A DNA stretch of 64,000 bases from positions 384,001 to 448,000 of the forward strand of contig OY761614.1 in assembly GCA_963664825.1 (NCBI GenBank). Direction: 5' to 3'. Below, piece after piece: positions 47,948 to 57,722 of the stretch; position 1 is the first letter of the stretch, and each line of letters starts with the position of its first letter. A model generated the notes under the pieces. The model saw only the letters and a program-made list of their open reading frames with translations, did no database searches and was not told where the DNA came from. The translations under genes were made by a program, and so were the position numbers. This DNA is from an uncultured Holophaga sp. (GTDB lineage: Bacteria > Acidobacteriota > Holophagae > Holophagales > Holophagaceae).

Positions 47948-49891
47948 ATGTGGGCGGTACTGCTAATCCTCGCGGCCATGGGATGTTGGGTCAGCGCGTC
48001 GCTACTGGCCCTGACCGGGTCCGATGACCGCTTCCACATCGGAATGGGCCTGCTGGGCTCCCTGCTGGCCTGCGGGGGGGCCCTGTCCGTGCTCCTGGGA
48101 GCGCAGGTCTCCACCCTGACCTTCCCCTTCTGGGGCCTCCCGGCGCATCTCCAGGTGGACGCGCTTTCCGCGGCCTTCCTCCTGCCCCTTCATCTGGTGG
48201 CCGGGGCAAGCGCCATCTATGCCAAGGCCTACTGGCCCGCCATTACGCCCAAGACGGGCCGCCAGATGCGCTTCTTCTTCGGCCTCCTGGTGGCGGCCAT
48301 GACCCTGGTCTTCACGGCCCGCCAGGGCCTCCTCTTCCTCATGGCCTGGGAAGCCATGGCCATGGCGGCCATGTTCCTGGTGGGCACCGATCACGAAAGG
48401 CCCGAAGTCCTGCGGGGCACCTGGGTCTATCTCATCTGCACCCATACCGGGACGCTGATGCTGATGGCCATGGTGGTACTCCTGGCCCAGCGGCTGGGCG
48501 GCTACGGATGGATGCCCTTCCAGGGTGCCCCGGCCCCCCTCCTAGATGGCCTGATCCTGACGCTGGCCCTCCTGGGTTTCGGCTTCAAGGCGGGCCTCGT
48601 GCCGCTGCACTTCTGGCTCCCGGCGGCCCATGCCGGTGCTCCCAGCCATGTCTCGGCCATCCTCTCGGCGGTCATGCTCAAGGCGGGCGTCTACGGCATC
48701 CTCCGCATCTCCAGCCTGCTGCCTCCCGTCCCTAATCTGGGCGGCCTGGTCATGGGGCTCGGGGTCCTCACGGCCCTCTTCGGGGTGGGGTGCGCCCTGG
48801 CCCAGCGGGACTACAAGCGCCTGCTGGCCTATTCCAGCATCGAAAATATCGGCGTCATCCTCATGGGCGTGGGACTGGGCTGGGCGGGGCGCTCCCTGCA
48901 CAATCCCTGGCTGGCCGCCCTGGGCTTCGGTGGTGCGATCCTCCACGTTTGGAACCACGCGGCCTTCAAGAGCCTCCTCTTCTTCGGCGCGGGCTCCGTG
49001 CTCCAGGCGACAGAAACCCGGGACATGGAGGCCCTGGGAGGCCTGGCCCAGCGGATGCCCCGGACGGCCCTGCTCATCTTCCCCGGCATCCTGGCCGTCT
49101 CCGCCCTGCCCCCCTTCAATGGCTTCCTGAGCGAGTGGTGCCTCTACCGAGGCTTTTTCGCCTCCCTGATGAATGGCGGTTCCTGGACGGCGGGGCTCGC
49201 CCTCTCGGGCCTGGCCCTCACGGGAGGCCTGGCGGCCGTGGTCTTCGCCAAGTGCTTCGGGTTCATCTTCCTGGGCGTGCCCCGCAGCGCTGCGGCCGCA
49301 GAGGCCCATGATCCCGGCGCCTGGATGTGGGGGCCCATGGCCTTCCTGGCCCTCCTTTGCCTGGCCCTCTCCCTGGGCAGCGTCCTGCTCCTGCCCCTCC
49401 TGGACCGGGTCCTGGCCGTGCTCGCTCCCGGCAATGGCCCCATGCTGGCCACCGGCCTCGGCCGGGACATGGCCCTCATGGCCTCCATGGCCCTGCTCCT
49501 CCTGGTCCTGGGGGCGGGATGTGCCCTCTGGCTCCGGCGGCGCCCGGCCCCTTCGGTGCCCACCTGGGATTGCGGCTATGCCCGGCCGAATGCCCGGATG
49601 CAGTACACCGCCACCTCCTTCTCGGATGGCTGGGCGGCCCTCGTGCCGGGGATGAAGTCCCGGATCCGGCGAATCCAACAGCTCTTCCCCGGCCCCATCT
49701 CCTTCCATTCCCAATTCCAGGATCCCATTGGGGAGGGTTTCTTCGCCGAGCGCACGGAGCGGCTGACCCTGCGCCTCCAGGGCTTCCGGCGCCTCCAGCA
49801 CGGGCAGCTGCCCATCTACCTGCTCTACATCCTGGGCACGCTGGTGGCGGGCTTCCTGTGGATGCTCCTCCGCCCCCGGCTGCTGGGATGA
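47948..49891 (+). CDS. hyfB: HyfB-like (NuoL/MrpA family) proton-translocating membrane subunit
   Basis: AWE, GFKAGLVPLHFWLPAAH, KRLLAYSSIEN, NHAAFKSLLF, PTWDCGY. Confidence 0.88.
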   Translation: MWAVLLILAAMGCWVSASLLALTGSDDRFHIGMGLLGSLLACGGALSVLLGAQVSTLTFPFWGLPAHLQVDALSAAFLLPLHLVAGASAIYAKAYWPAITPKTGRQMRFFFGLLVAAMTLVFTARQGLLFLMAWEAMAMAAMFLVGTDHERPEVLRGTWVYLICTHTGTLMLMAMVVLLAQRLGGYGWMPFQGAPAPLLDGLILTLALLGFGFKAGLVPLHFWLPAAHAGAPSHVSAILSAVMLKAGVYGILRISSLLPPVPNLGGLVMGLGVLTALFGVGCALAQRDYKRLLAYSSIENIGVILMGVGLGWAGRSLHNPWLAALGFGGAILHVWNHAAFKSLLFFGAGSVLQATETRDMEALGGLAQRMPRTALLIFPGILAVSALPPFNGFLSEWCLYRGFFASLMNGGSWTAGLALSGLALTGGLAAVVFAKCFGFIFLGVPRSAAAAEAHDPGAWMWGPMAFLALLCLALSLGSVLLLPLLDRVLAVLAPGNGPMLATGLGRDMALMASMALLLLVLGAGCALWLRRRPAPSVPTWDCGYARPNARMQYTATSFSDGWAALVPGMKSRIRRIQQLFPGPISFHSQFQDPIGEGFFAERTERLTLRLQGFRRLQHGQLPIYLLYILGTLVAGFLWMLLRPRLLG

Positions 49892-51828
49892 TCCTCTTCG
49901 GGCTGGGCCTGCTCCTCATCGGATGCTCCGGCCTGCCGGGGCTCTTCCTGCGGGAGCGGGGTGCCGTCATCGCCACCCTCATGTTCGGCTTGGGCGCCCT
50001 CGCGGGCCTGGGGGCCGCGGCGCGGGTGCTGTTCGGAGGGCCGGTCGGAAGCGCACTCCTTCCCGCCCTGCCATTGAGTTCCCAGGGACTCCTCAGGCTG
50101 GACCCCCTGGGCGCCTTCTTCCTGGTACCGGTCCTGCTGCTCCCGGCCTGTGGGTCGATCTACGGCCTCGGGTACTGGGGCGACCACCAGGAGAACCCCC
50201 GCCGCCTCCGGATGCTGTATGGATTGACCACAGCCTTCCTGGCCCTCCTGGTGGCCGCCGCCCATACGCTCGTCTTCCTCCTGGCCTGGGAGGGCATGGC
50301 CATCACGGCCTTCTTCATGGTGATCACAGAGGACAGGGAGCCCCAGACGCGACGAGCCGCCTGGATCTACCTGGTGGCCACCCATTCCGGGACGCTCTGT
50401 CTCTTCGCGGCCTTCGCGCTGATGGCTGCGGCCACGGGTAGCTTCCTGTTCTCGCCCCTGGGCCAGGGGTTTGCCGCCAGCCCCCGGGGCACGGCCACCT
50501 TCCTGCTCTTTTTAACGGGTTTCGGCCTGAAGGCGGGGGTCCTGCCCCTGCACTTCTGGCTCCCCGAGGCCCATACGGCCGCCCCCAGCCACGTCTCGGC
50601 GGTCATGTCGGGGATCCTCATCAAGATGGGGATCCTGGGCATGATCCGCCTGATCTCCTGGGTGCCGGATCCCCCTTATTGGTGGGGAGGCCTCTTCATT
50701 ACCCTGGGCGCCCTCTCCGGCCTCCTCGGTGTGGCCCTGGCCCTGGGCCAGCATGATCTCAAGCGCCTCCTGGCCTACCACTCGGTGGAAAATATCGGGA
50801 TCATCCTGCTGGGCCTGGGCCTGGGCACACTCGGCAAGAGTTCCGGGAATCCGGTTCTCCAGCTCCTGGGATTTGCCGGGGCCCTCCTCCATGTGCTCAA
50901 CCACAGCCTCTTCAAGAGCCTGCTCTTCCTGGGGGCCGGTTCCATCCTGCACGCCACCGGGACGCGGAACCTGGAGCGCATGGGGGGGCTCGCCCACACC
51001 ATGCCCTTCACGGCCGGCACCTTCCTGGTGGGCTCCTGGGCCATCTGCGGCCTGCCCCCCCTCAATGGCTTCGTCAGCGAATGGCTGATCTACCTGGCCG
51101 CCTTCCAGGGGGTGCTGCATTCCCCCTCGGCCTGGGCCATCCTCACACTGGCCGCTCTCGCCCTCATCGGCGCCCTGGCGGCGGCCTGCTTCACCAAGGT
51201 CTTCGGCGCGGCCTTCCTGGGGACCCCCCGCTCGGTGGAAGCCGTGGGCGCCGTGGAATCCCCCAACAGCATGCGGCTCCCCATGGGAATTTTGGCCTGT
51301 GCCTGCCTCGTGATCGGCCTAGCCCCGGCCCTGCTGGTCCCCATGCTGGAGCGCGTCGTCTCGGTCATCGCAGTCCCCGGAGCGGCCAGCCTGGCGGGGC
51401 TCGCCCATCTCCCCCTCCTCACCTGCATCGCCCTGCCCCTCCTGGCCCTCGCGGCCCTCCTCTGGCAGTGGGCCCGGAAGGGGGCCTCCACGGGAGCCGA
51501 TCTCCCCACCTGGGATTGCGGATACACGGTCCCCCTGCCCCGGGCCCAGTACACGGCCTCCTCCTTCGCCGATGGCCTGGTCTCGGGAATGCGCATCGCC
51601 CTCTGGCCCCATGTGCACCTGCCGAAGCTGAAGGGCTTCTTCCCCTTCCCGGGGCGCTTCCAGAGCCATGTGCCGGACCCGATCCTCGACCGCCTGGCCG
51701 CCCCCACCCTGGCCTTCACCGCCAAGGGGTTCACCCTGCTGCGATTTTTCCAGAGCGGCCAACTCCAGGTCTACCTGCTCTACATCCTGCTCACCCTCGT
51801 TGCCCTCCTCGTCTGGATGGTGGTCTGA
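49888..51828 (+). CDS. hyfB: Second HyfB-like proton-translocating membrane subunit
   Basis: Paralog of the upstream gene (KAGVLPLHFWLPEAH, KRLLAYHSVEN, PTWDCGY); ATGA overlap at 49888. Confidence 0.88.
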   Translation: MILFGLGLLLIGCSGLPGLFLRERGAVIATLMFGLGALAGLGAAARVLFGGPVGSALLPALPLSSQGLLRLDPLGAFFLVPVLLLPACGSIYGLGYWGDHQENPRRLRMLYGLTTAFLALLVAAAHTLVFLLAWEGMAITAFFMVITEDREPQTRRAAWIYLVATHSGTLCLFAAFALMAAATGSFLFSPLGQGFAASPRGTATFLLFLTGFGLKAGVLPLHFWLPEAHTAAPSHVSAVMSGILIKMGILGMIRLISWVPDPPYWWGGLFITLGALSGLLGVALALGQHDLKRLLAYHSVENIGIILLGLGLGTLGKSSGNPVLQLLGFAGALLHVLNHSLFKSLLFLGAGSILHATGTRNLERMGGLAHTMPFTAGTFLVGSWAICGLPPLNGFVSEWLIYLAAFQGVLHSPSAWAILTLAALALIGALAAACFTKVFGAAFLGTPRSVEAVGAVESPNSMRLPMGILACACLVIGLAPALLVPMLERVVSVIAVPGAASLAGLAHLPLLTCIALPLLALAALLWQWARKGASTGADLPTWDCGYTVPLPRAQYTASSFADGLVSGMRIALWPHVHLPKLKGFFPFPGRFQSHVPDPILDRLAAPTLAFTAKGFTLLRFFQSGQLQVYLLYILLTLVALLVWMVV

Positions 51829-51831
51829 ACC

Positions 51832-52758
51832 ATGTCCGATTCCACGTTCCTCCGCATCCTCCACCTCCTGCTGCACGTCCTCACGGCCCTACTGCTCTCG
51901 CCGCTCATCCCGGGCCTGATCAACAAGGTCAAGGCCGTGATGGCCGGGCGCAACGGCCCGCCGGTCCTCCAGCTCTACTTCGATCTGGCCAAGCTGGCCC
52001 GCAAGCGGGCCGTGTTCAGCCGCACCACCACCTGGGTCTTCCTGGCGGGCCCCGTGGCCACAGTGGCGGCAGGCTTCATGGCCTCCCTGCTGGTGCCCTT
52101 CGGCCACTCCCCGGCCCCCATCCACTTCGAGGGGGACATGATCCTCTTCGCTTACCTATTCGGCCTGGCGCGCTTCGCCACGGTGCTCTCGGCGCTTGAT
52201 ACGGGATCGAGCTTCGAAGGCATGGGGGCGGCCCGGGAGGTCACCTTTTCGGCCCTGGCCGAACCCACCCTCTTCCTGGGATTTGCCGCTCTGGCCAGAT
52301 CCTCGGGCAGCCTCTCCCTCTCCGGGATGCTGGCTTCCCCCGGCTTTGCCATCTCCAAGGCCACAGGCCCGCTGATCCTGGTGCTGGCGGGCTGGGTGAT
52401 CGTCTTTCTCGCGGAGAATTCCCGCATCCCCGTGGATGATCCCAATACCCATCTGGAGCTCACCATGATCCACGAAGCCATGATCCTGGATCACTCCGGG
52501 CGCCCTCTGGCCCTCATCCTGTACGGCGCCAGCCTCAAGCTGCTGGTGCTGGGGGCGCTCATCGTGGGGCCCCTCCTGCCCCGCACCCATAGCGTCTGCC
52601 TGGACTGGGGCGTCTACTTTCTGGGGATCGGCCTGCTGGCCTGTGTGGTGGGCCTGGTGGAGAGCGCCACGGCCCGCTTCCGCATGATCAAGGTGCCCCA
52701 GTTCCTGGTGGCGGGCCTCCTGGCCACGGCCTTCGCCTTCTTCCTGATGCAGGCATAA
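51832..52758 (+). CDS. hyfC: HyfC/HycD (NuoH-like) membrane subunit
   Basis: GRNGPPVLQLYFDLAKL, DTGSSFEGMGAARE, RIPVDDPNTHLELTMIHE. Confidence 0.9.
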   Translation: MSDSTFLRILHLLLHVLTALLLSPLIPGLINKVKAVMAGRNGPPVLQLYFDLAKLARKRAVFSRTTTWVFLAGPVATVAAGFMASLLVPFGHSPAPIHFEGDMILFAYLFGLARFATVLSALDTGSSFEGMGAAREVTFSALAEPTLFLGFAALARSSGSLSLSGMLASPGFAISKATGPLILVLAGWVIVFLAENSRIPVDDPNTHLELTMIHEAMILDHSGRPLALILYGASLKLLVLGALIVGPLLPRTHSVCLDWGVYFLGIGLLACVVGLVESATARFRMIKVPQFLVAGLLATAFAFFLMQA

Positions 52759-52760
52759 CG

Positions 52761-53396
52761 ATGTTCAGAGACTTCCTCATCGCCCTCCTCATGCTCACCA
52801 ACTTCACCCTGGTGGCCACCAGCCGGATCAACAAGGCGATCCAGGTCACGGTGGTCCAGGGTGTGCTCCTGGGCCTCTTGCCCATCGCCATGGGCCTGGG
52901 CCGCCATGTCCACATCCTCCTCATGGTGGGCGCCGCCCTCACGGTGAAGGCCTGGCTCATCCCCTTCCTCTTCCGGAAGGCGCTGCGCGCGGTGAAGACC
53001 CAGCGGGAGGTCGACCCCACCATCGGCTTCACCACCTCCCTGATCCTCTGCGCCCTGGGCACGGGCCTCAGCCTGCTGCTCACCAGCAACCTGCCCATGC
53101 CCCAAGGCCGGAGCGACACCATGTTCGTATCGGCCGCCCTCTCGACCCTGCTGACGGGATTCCTGCTGCTCATCTCCCGAAGGAAGGCCCTGACTCAAGT
53201 CGTCGGCTACCTGGTGCTGGAGAATGGCATCTACATCTTCAGCCTCCTGCTCATCGAGGAGATGCCCCTCCTGGTGGAGACGGGGATCCTGCTGGATCTC
53301 TTCGTGGGCATCTTCGTGATGGGCATCGTCATCCACCACATCAGCGTGGCCTTCGATTCCACGGACACCCGGCACCTGGCCGCACTGAAGGACTGA
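52761..53396 (+). CDS. hyfE: HyfE-like membrane subunit
   Basis: KAWLIP, QVVGYLVLENG, VETGILLD; operon position. Confidence 0.88.
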   Translation: MFRDFLIALLMLTNFTLVATSRINKAIQVTVVQGVLLGLLPIAMGLGRHVHILLMVGAALTVKAWLIPFLFRKALRAVKTQREVDPTIGFTTSLILCALGTGLSLLLTSNLPMPQGRSDTMFVSAALSTLLTGFLLLISRRKALTQVVGYLVLENGIYIFSLLLIEEMPLLVETGILLDLFVGIFVMGIVIHHISVAFDSTDTRHLAALKD

Positions 53397-53399
53397 GAC

Positions 53400-54833
53400 A
53401 TGGCCTGGTATCTCATCGTTCTCCCCCTCCTGGCCGCCGTCCTGGCCTTCTTCACCCGGTCCATCACGCTGAGGGTCCGACTCCTGCCCGCCACGGCCAC
53501 CCTCCACCTGATCGGCCTCGTCTTTGCCTTGCGGGGCTGGGGCCGACTGCCCCCCACCGCCTGGCTGGGCCTGGACGCCCTCGGGGGATGGGTGCTGCTG
53601 GTCATCAGCGTCCTGTTCTGCATTTGCGCCTTCTACGCCCCGGCCTACCTCGCCCTCCGCCCCGAGCGGGATAACCGCGTCTTCACCTTCAGCTTCCTCA
53701 GCATCCTGGGCCTGGCCTCCCTGCTGGCCCAGGCCCGGCATCCGGGGCTGGTGTGGGTGGCCATGGAGACGACGACGCTGGCCACTGCGCCCCTGATCTA
53801 CTTCAATCACAACCGGCGCTCCCTGGAAGCCACCTGGAAATACCTGATCCTAGGCTCCGTCGGCATCGCGCTGGCCCTGCTGGGCACCCTGTTCATCGCC
53901 TACGCCGCCCACATGGCCGGCATCCGGGAAGCGCTCACCTTCAACACCCTGATGCACCACGCGACCAGTCTGCCCAAACCCTGGTTGAGGGCGGGCTTCG
54001 TCCTCACCCTGGTGGGCTACGGCACCAAGATGGGCCTGGCGCCCCTCCATTCCTGGAAGCCGGACGCCTATGGCGAGACGCCGGGGGTCATCGGCGCCCT
54101 CCTGGCTGGCGGCATCACCAGCTGCGCCTTCCTGGCGCTGCTGCGGATCTTCGCGGTGCTCTCCGCGGCCGGAGAGGCTCCCTTCGCCCGAGAGCTCATG
54201 GTGGCCCTCGGCCTCCTGTCGATGGCCTGGGCCATGGTCTTCATGGTGCGCCAGCTGGATATCCGGCGCCTGCTGGCCTATTCCAGCGTCGAGCACATGG
54301 GAATCCTGGTATTCGGCATCGGCATCGGGGGCGTGGCCGCGCGCTTCGCCCTCTTCCACCTGGCCGCCAATGCCCTGGTGAAGGGCGTCCTCTTTATGTC
54401 GGCCGGCAACATCCACCGGAGCTACGGGAGCCATCAGCTGCCCCATGTGACCGGCGCCATCCGACGCACGCCGGTATCCGGCTGGCTCTTCATCCTGGGC
54501 TTCCTGGCCATCACGGGCACGCCTCCCTTCGCGCCCTTCATCAGCGAATTCAATATCGCCGCGGTGGCCCTCTCCCGGCAGAACCTCTGGCTGGGAGCGG
54601 CCTTCCTCCTCTTCCTGGGGGGCATCTTCATCGCCATGAGCGATACCGTGTTGCAGGTGATCTTCGGAACCCCCAGTCCCAACCGCATGCGGACGCCCTA
54701 CCGGGATACCTTCGCCACCACCGCGCCCCTGGTGATCGCCCTCCTGCTCTCACTGACCATGGGCCTCTGGCTGCCGCGGCCCCTGGCTTCGATGATCCAG
54801 AACGCCGCGGCCCTCGTGGAGGGAAGGCTGTGA
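53400..54833 (+). CDS. hyfF: HyfF-like (NuoN/MrpD family) membrane subunit
   Basis: LEATWKY, GYGTKMGLAPLHSWKPDAY, RRLLAYSSVEHMG. Confidence 0.9.
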   Translation: MAWYLIVLPLLAAVLAFFTRSITLRVRLLPATATLHLIGLVFALRGWGRLPPTAWLGLDALGGWVLLVISVLFCICAFYAPAYLALRPERDNRVFTFSFLSILGLASLLAQARHPGLVWVAMETTTLATAPLIYFNHNRRSLEATWKYLILGSVGIALALLGTLFIAYAAHMAGIREALTFNTLMHHATSLPKPWLRAGFVLTLVGYGTKMGLAPLHSWKPDAYGETPGVIGALLAGGITSCAFLALLRIFAVLSAAGEAPFARELMVALGLLSMAWAMVFMVRQLDIRRLLAYSSVEHMGILVFGIGIGGVAARFALFHLAANALVKGVLFMSAGNIHRSYGSHQLPHVTGAIRRTPVSGWLFILGFLAITGTPPFAPFISEFNIAAVALSRQNLWLGAAFLLFLGGIFIAMSDTVLQVIFGTPSPNRMRTPYRDTFATTAPLVIALLLSLTMGLWLPRPLASMIQNAAALVEGRL

Positions 54834-56341
54834 ACGGGAACCGCTTCGCCCTCATCGGAAACGGCCAGGCCCTGGCCCTCAAGGAGGTCCCGGAACTGGG
54901 CCTGGCGGAATTCCGGGCCTCCATCCTCCAGGGCGTGCGCACCGGCAGCCGCTTGGCCTGCCTCTGCGCCGACGGACAGCATCGCCTCTTCGCCGTCCTG
55001 GCCGACGATGCCGAGGGCCGACTCCGTGTTGGACGCACTCGAGTCGAGGGCAACGCCTACCCCTCCCTCACGCCGGAATGCCCCCAGGCCCACCTCTTCG
55101 AGCGGGAGATGGCCGAACAGTTCGGCCTGCGCCCCGAGGACCATCCCTGGTTCAAGCCCCTGCGTTTCCACGCCCCCTGGTCGGGAGAGGACCCCTGGGA
55201 CCGGAAGGAGATCCTGCCCGGCGTCCTGGACTTCTACCAGGTCCGGGGCGAGGAGGTCCACGAGGTCTCGGTGGGCCCCGTCCACGCCGGGGTCATCGAG
55301 CCCGGTCACTTCCGCTTCCAGTGCCACGGGGAGCGGGTCTTCCACCTGGAGATCGCCCTGGGCTTCCAGCACCGGGGCATCGAGCGGACCCTCATGGGCG
55401 GCCCCCATCCCTTGAGCCTGAAGCACGCCGAGACCGCCTGCGGCGACACCACCATCGGCCACGGATGGGCCTACTGCCAGGCCCTGGAGGCCCTGGCGGG
55501 TGTGAGGGTGCCTCCCCGCTCCCAGCAGGTCCGCAGCGTGGCACTGGAACTGGAGCGCATGGCCAATCATACGGGGGACCTGGGGGCCATGGCCGGGGAC
55601 GTGGGTTTCCTGCCCACGTCATCTTTCTGCGGGCGCATCCGGGGCGAGTGGCTGAACCTCAGCGCCGAAGTCTGCGGCAGCCGCCTGGGACGGGACTGGC
55701 TGCGTCCCGGAGGGCTGCGCATGGAGCTCGAGCCCGAGAGGGCGGCCCTGCTCCTGGAGCGCATGACCCAGATTTGGAAGGACACTCAGGATGCCGTGGA
55801 ACTCCTGTGGGGCGCGGCCTCGGTCCTGAACCGCTTCGACGCCTGCGGCAAGGTCGACCCCATCCAGGCCCGGGAGATCGGCCTGGTGGGCGTCCCGGCC
55901 CGGGCCTGCGGCATCGCGCTCGATGTGCGCAAGGATCATCCCTTCGGCCCCTATGGCCAGCATCCCGTGAGCCCGTCCACGGCCCACAGCGGCAGTGTGC
56001 ATTCCCGCGCCTGGGTGCGCTGGGTGGAGCTGGGCGAGAGCCACCGCTTCCTCACCGAGCGATTGGAAGCCCTGGCAGGCAGCGAGCCCGACCCGAGCCC
56101 AGAGCCCCTTCCCCCCCTGGCACCGGAGAGCCTGGCCGTGTCCTTGGTGGAGGGCTGGAGGGGTGAGGTGCTCCACCTGGCCATCACCAACGCCGAGGGC
56201 CGTTTCGAGCGCTACAAGCTCGTGGATCCCTCCTTCCACAACTGGTACGGATTGGCGCTGGCCCTGCGGGGGGAGCAGATCTCGGATTTCCCCTTATGCA
56301 ACAAGAGCTTCAATCTCTCCTACTGCGGACACGATCTCTGA
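54830..56341 (+). CDS. Hydrogenase-large-subunit-like NuoC/D fusion lacking NiFe motifs (Ehr large subunit)
   Basis: FEREMAE, VGPVHAGVIEPGHFRF, EGWRGE, DPSFHNW, C-terminal KSFNLSYCGHDL; GTG start overlaps the upstream stop. Confidence 0.88.
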   Translation: MNGNRFALIGNGQALALKEVPELGLAEFRASILQGVRTGSRLACLCADGQHRLFAVLADDAEGRLRVGRTRVEGNAYPSLTPECPQAHLFEREMAEQFGLRPEDHPWFKPLRFHAPWSGEDPWDRKEILPGVLDFYQVRGEEVHEVSVGPVHAGVIEPGHFRFQCHGERVFHLEIALGFQHRGIERTLMGGPHPLSLKHAETACGDTTIGHGWAYCQALEALAGVRVPPRSQQVRSVALELERMANHTGDLGAMAGDVGFLPTSSFCGRIRGEWLNLSAEVCGSRLGRDWLRPGGLRMELEPERAALLLERMTQIWKDTQDAVELLWGAASVLNRFDACGKVDPIQAREIGLVGVPARACGIALDVRKDHPFGPYGQHPVSPSTAHSGSVHSRAWVRWVELGESHRFLTERLEALAGSEPDPSPEPLPPLAPESLAVSLVEGWRGEVLHLAITNAEGRFERYKLVDPSFHNWYGLALALRGEQISDFPLCNKSFNLSYCGHDL

Positions 56342-56348
56342 GGCACCC

Positions 56349-57128
56349 ATGATCCACATTCTGCTCTCCCGGTGGCGCCAGGGGCATCGCACGATGGCCT
56401 ATCCCAAGTCCCTGCCCCCCCTGCCCCAGCGGCTCCGGGGCAGGCCGGAGCTCCGCCCAGGCGCCTGTCCCGAAGGCTGCCGCGCCTGCGCGGAGGCCTG
56501 TCCCACCGGGGCCATCGAAATCGGCATCAAGGGCCCAGCCCTGGATCTCGGGCGCTGCCTCTTCTGCCCCGATTGCACGGAGGCCTGCCCTGAAGGAGCC
56601 ATCACCTTCACCCAGGATCACCGCCTGGCCGTGCGGGAACGGGGGGATCTGTGCTTGGAACCAGGCGACGGGCTCTTCCTCGCCAAGGCCCTGGAGGCTC
56701 AAGTCATGCGCGTCTTCGGGCGCAGCCTGAAGCTGCGGGTGGTGAGCGCGGGGGGCTGCAACGGATGTGAAGTGGACGTGAACGTGCTCCAGACCATCGG
56801 CTGGGACCTGGGCCGCTTCGGCATCCAGATGGTGGCCAGCCCCCGCCACGCCGACGCCGTAGTCATCATCGGCCCGGTCACCAAGCACATGGATCTGGCC
56901 CTCCGGAAGACCCTGGACGCCACCGCGGAGCCCAAGCTCGTCATCGCCGTCGGCTCCTGCGCCATCTCCGGCGGCCCCTTCCTCCACCAGGAGGAGCAAC
57001 TGGGCGGCTGCGGCGGCGCAGGCATTCCCGTGGATCTCTACATCCCCGGATGCCCCCCCCACCCCCTCACCATCCTGGATGGGCTCCTGAGGCTCCTGGG
57101 GAAAGTGGGAGCCAACGTCGGGGCGTGA
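56349..57128 (+). CDS. 2x[4Fe-4S] ferredoxin fused to NuoB/HyfI-like small subunit
   Basis: CPEGCRACAEACP, CLFCPDCTEACP, GGCNGCE, SPRHAD, GSCA, PGCPPHP. Confidence 0.92.
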   Translation: MIHILLSRWRQGHRTMAYPKSLPPLPQRLRGRPELRPGACPEGCRACAEACPTGAIEIGIKGPALDLGRCLFCPDCTEACPEGAITFTQDHRLAVRERGDLCLEPGDGLFLAKALEAQVMRVFGRSLKLRVVSAGGCNGCEVDVNVLQTIGWDLGRFGIQMVASPRHADAVVIIGPVTKHMDLALRKTLDATAEPKLVIAVGSCAISGGPFLHQEEQLGGCGGAGIPVDLYIPGCPPHPLTILDGLLRLLGKVGANVGA

Positions 57129-57286
57129 AGAACAAAATCCGCCACAAGGGCACAGAGAAAAGCGCGGGGGAGAACCCCTCGGGGGTCTGGATTTGATCCT
57201 GTGGCCGGTTGCATGTACTTGACTGCGGCTCGGTCTTCTCTGCGACACTCCGACCCATCACGGCATCCCAGGTATCGGAGACCAAC

Positions 57287-57715
57287 ATGAACCCTTCGGG
57301 CATTCTCGATGTCGCCCACAGCATCCAACTCGCCGTGGCGCCGGTCTTCCTGCTTTCCGCCGTGGGCGTCTTCCTGACGGTGCTCACGAACCGCCTCGCC
57401 CGCATCATCGACCGGGCGCGGCTGCTGGAGCGCTCCCTGGCCGAACCGGAGGAGAGTCACGTCGAACTGCGGGACCTGGCGAAGCGGGCCCGCATGATAC
57501 AGATCGCCATCGCCCTCTCCACGGTCTGCGCGCTCCTCATCTGCCTGGTGATCGTCACCCTCTTCGCGGGGGTGGCCCTCTCCCGGGATCTCTCTCGGCT
57601 CATCGTCATCTTCTTCGTGGTGGGCCTGGGGGCCTTCATCGGCGCCCTGCTGGTCTTCCTCCTGGAGATCCGCGCGGCCATCACCGCCCTGCACCTCGGC
57701 CCGGAAGGCCGCTGA
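57287..57715 (+). CDS. DUF2721 family membrane protein
   Basis: IQLAVAPVFLL, LTNRLARIIDRAR, FLLEI. Confidence 0.85.
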   Translation: MNPSGILDVAHSIQLAVAPVFLLSAVGVFLTVLTNRLARIIDRARLLERSLAEPEESHVELRDLAKRARMIQIAIALSTVCALLICLVIVTLFAGVALSRDLSRLIVIFFVVGLGAFIGALLVFLLEIRAAITALHLGPEGR

Positions 57716-57722
57716 GGAACGC

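Noticed and set aside
53753..54829. Long N-terminal extensions in the ORF track (862-aa, 833-aa, 505-aa calls) suggesting fusions or frameshifts
   Set aside because: The extensions overlap upstream genes in another frame; the real starts are at stop/start overlaps (54830, 49888, 10355).
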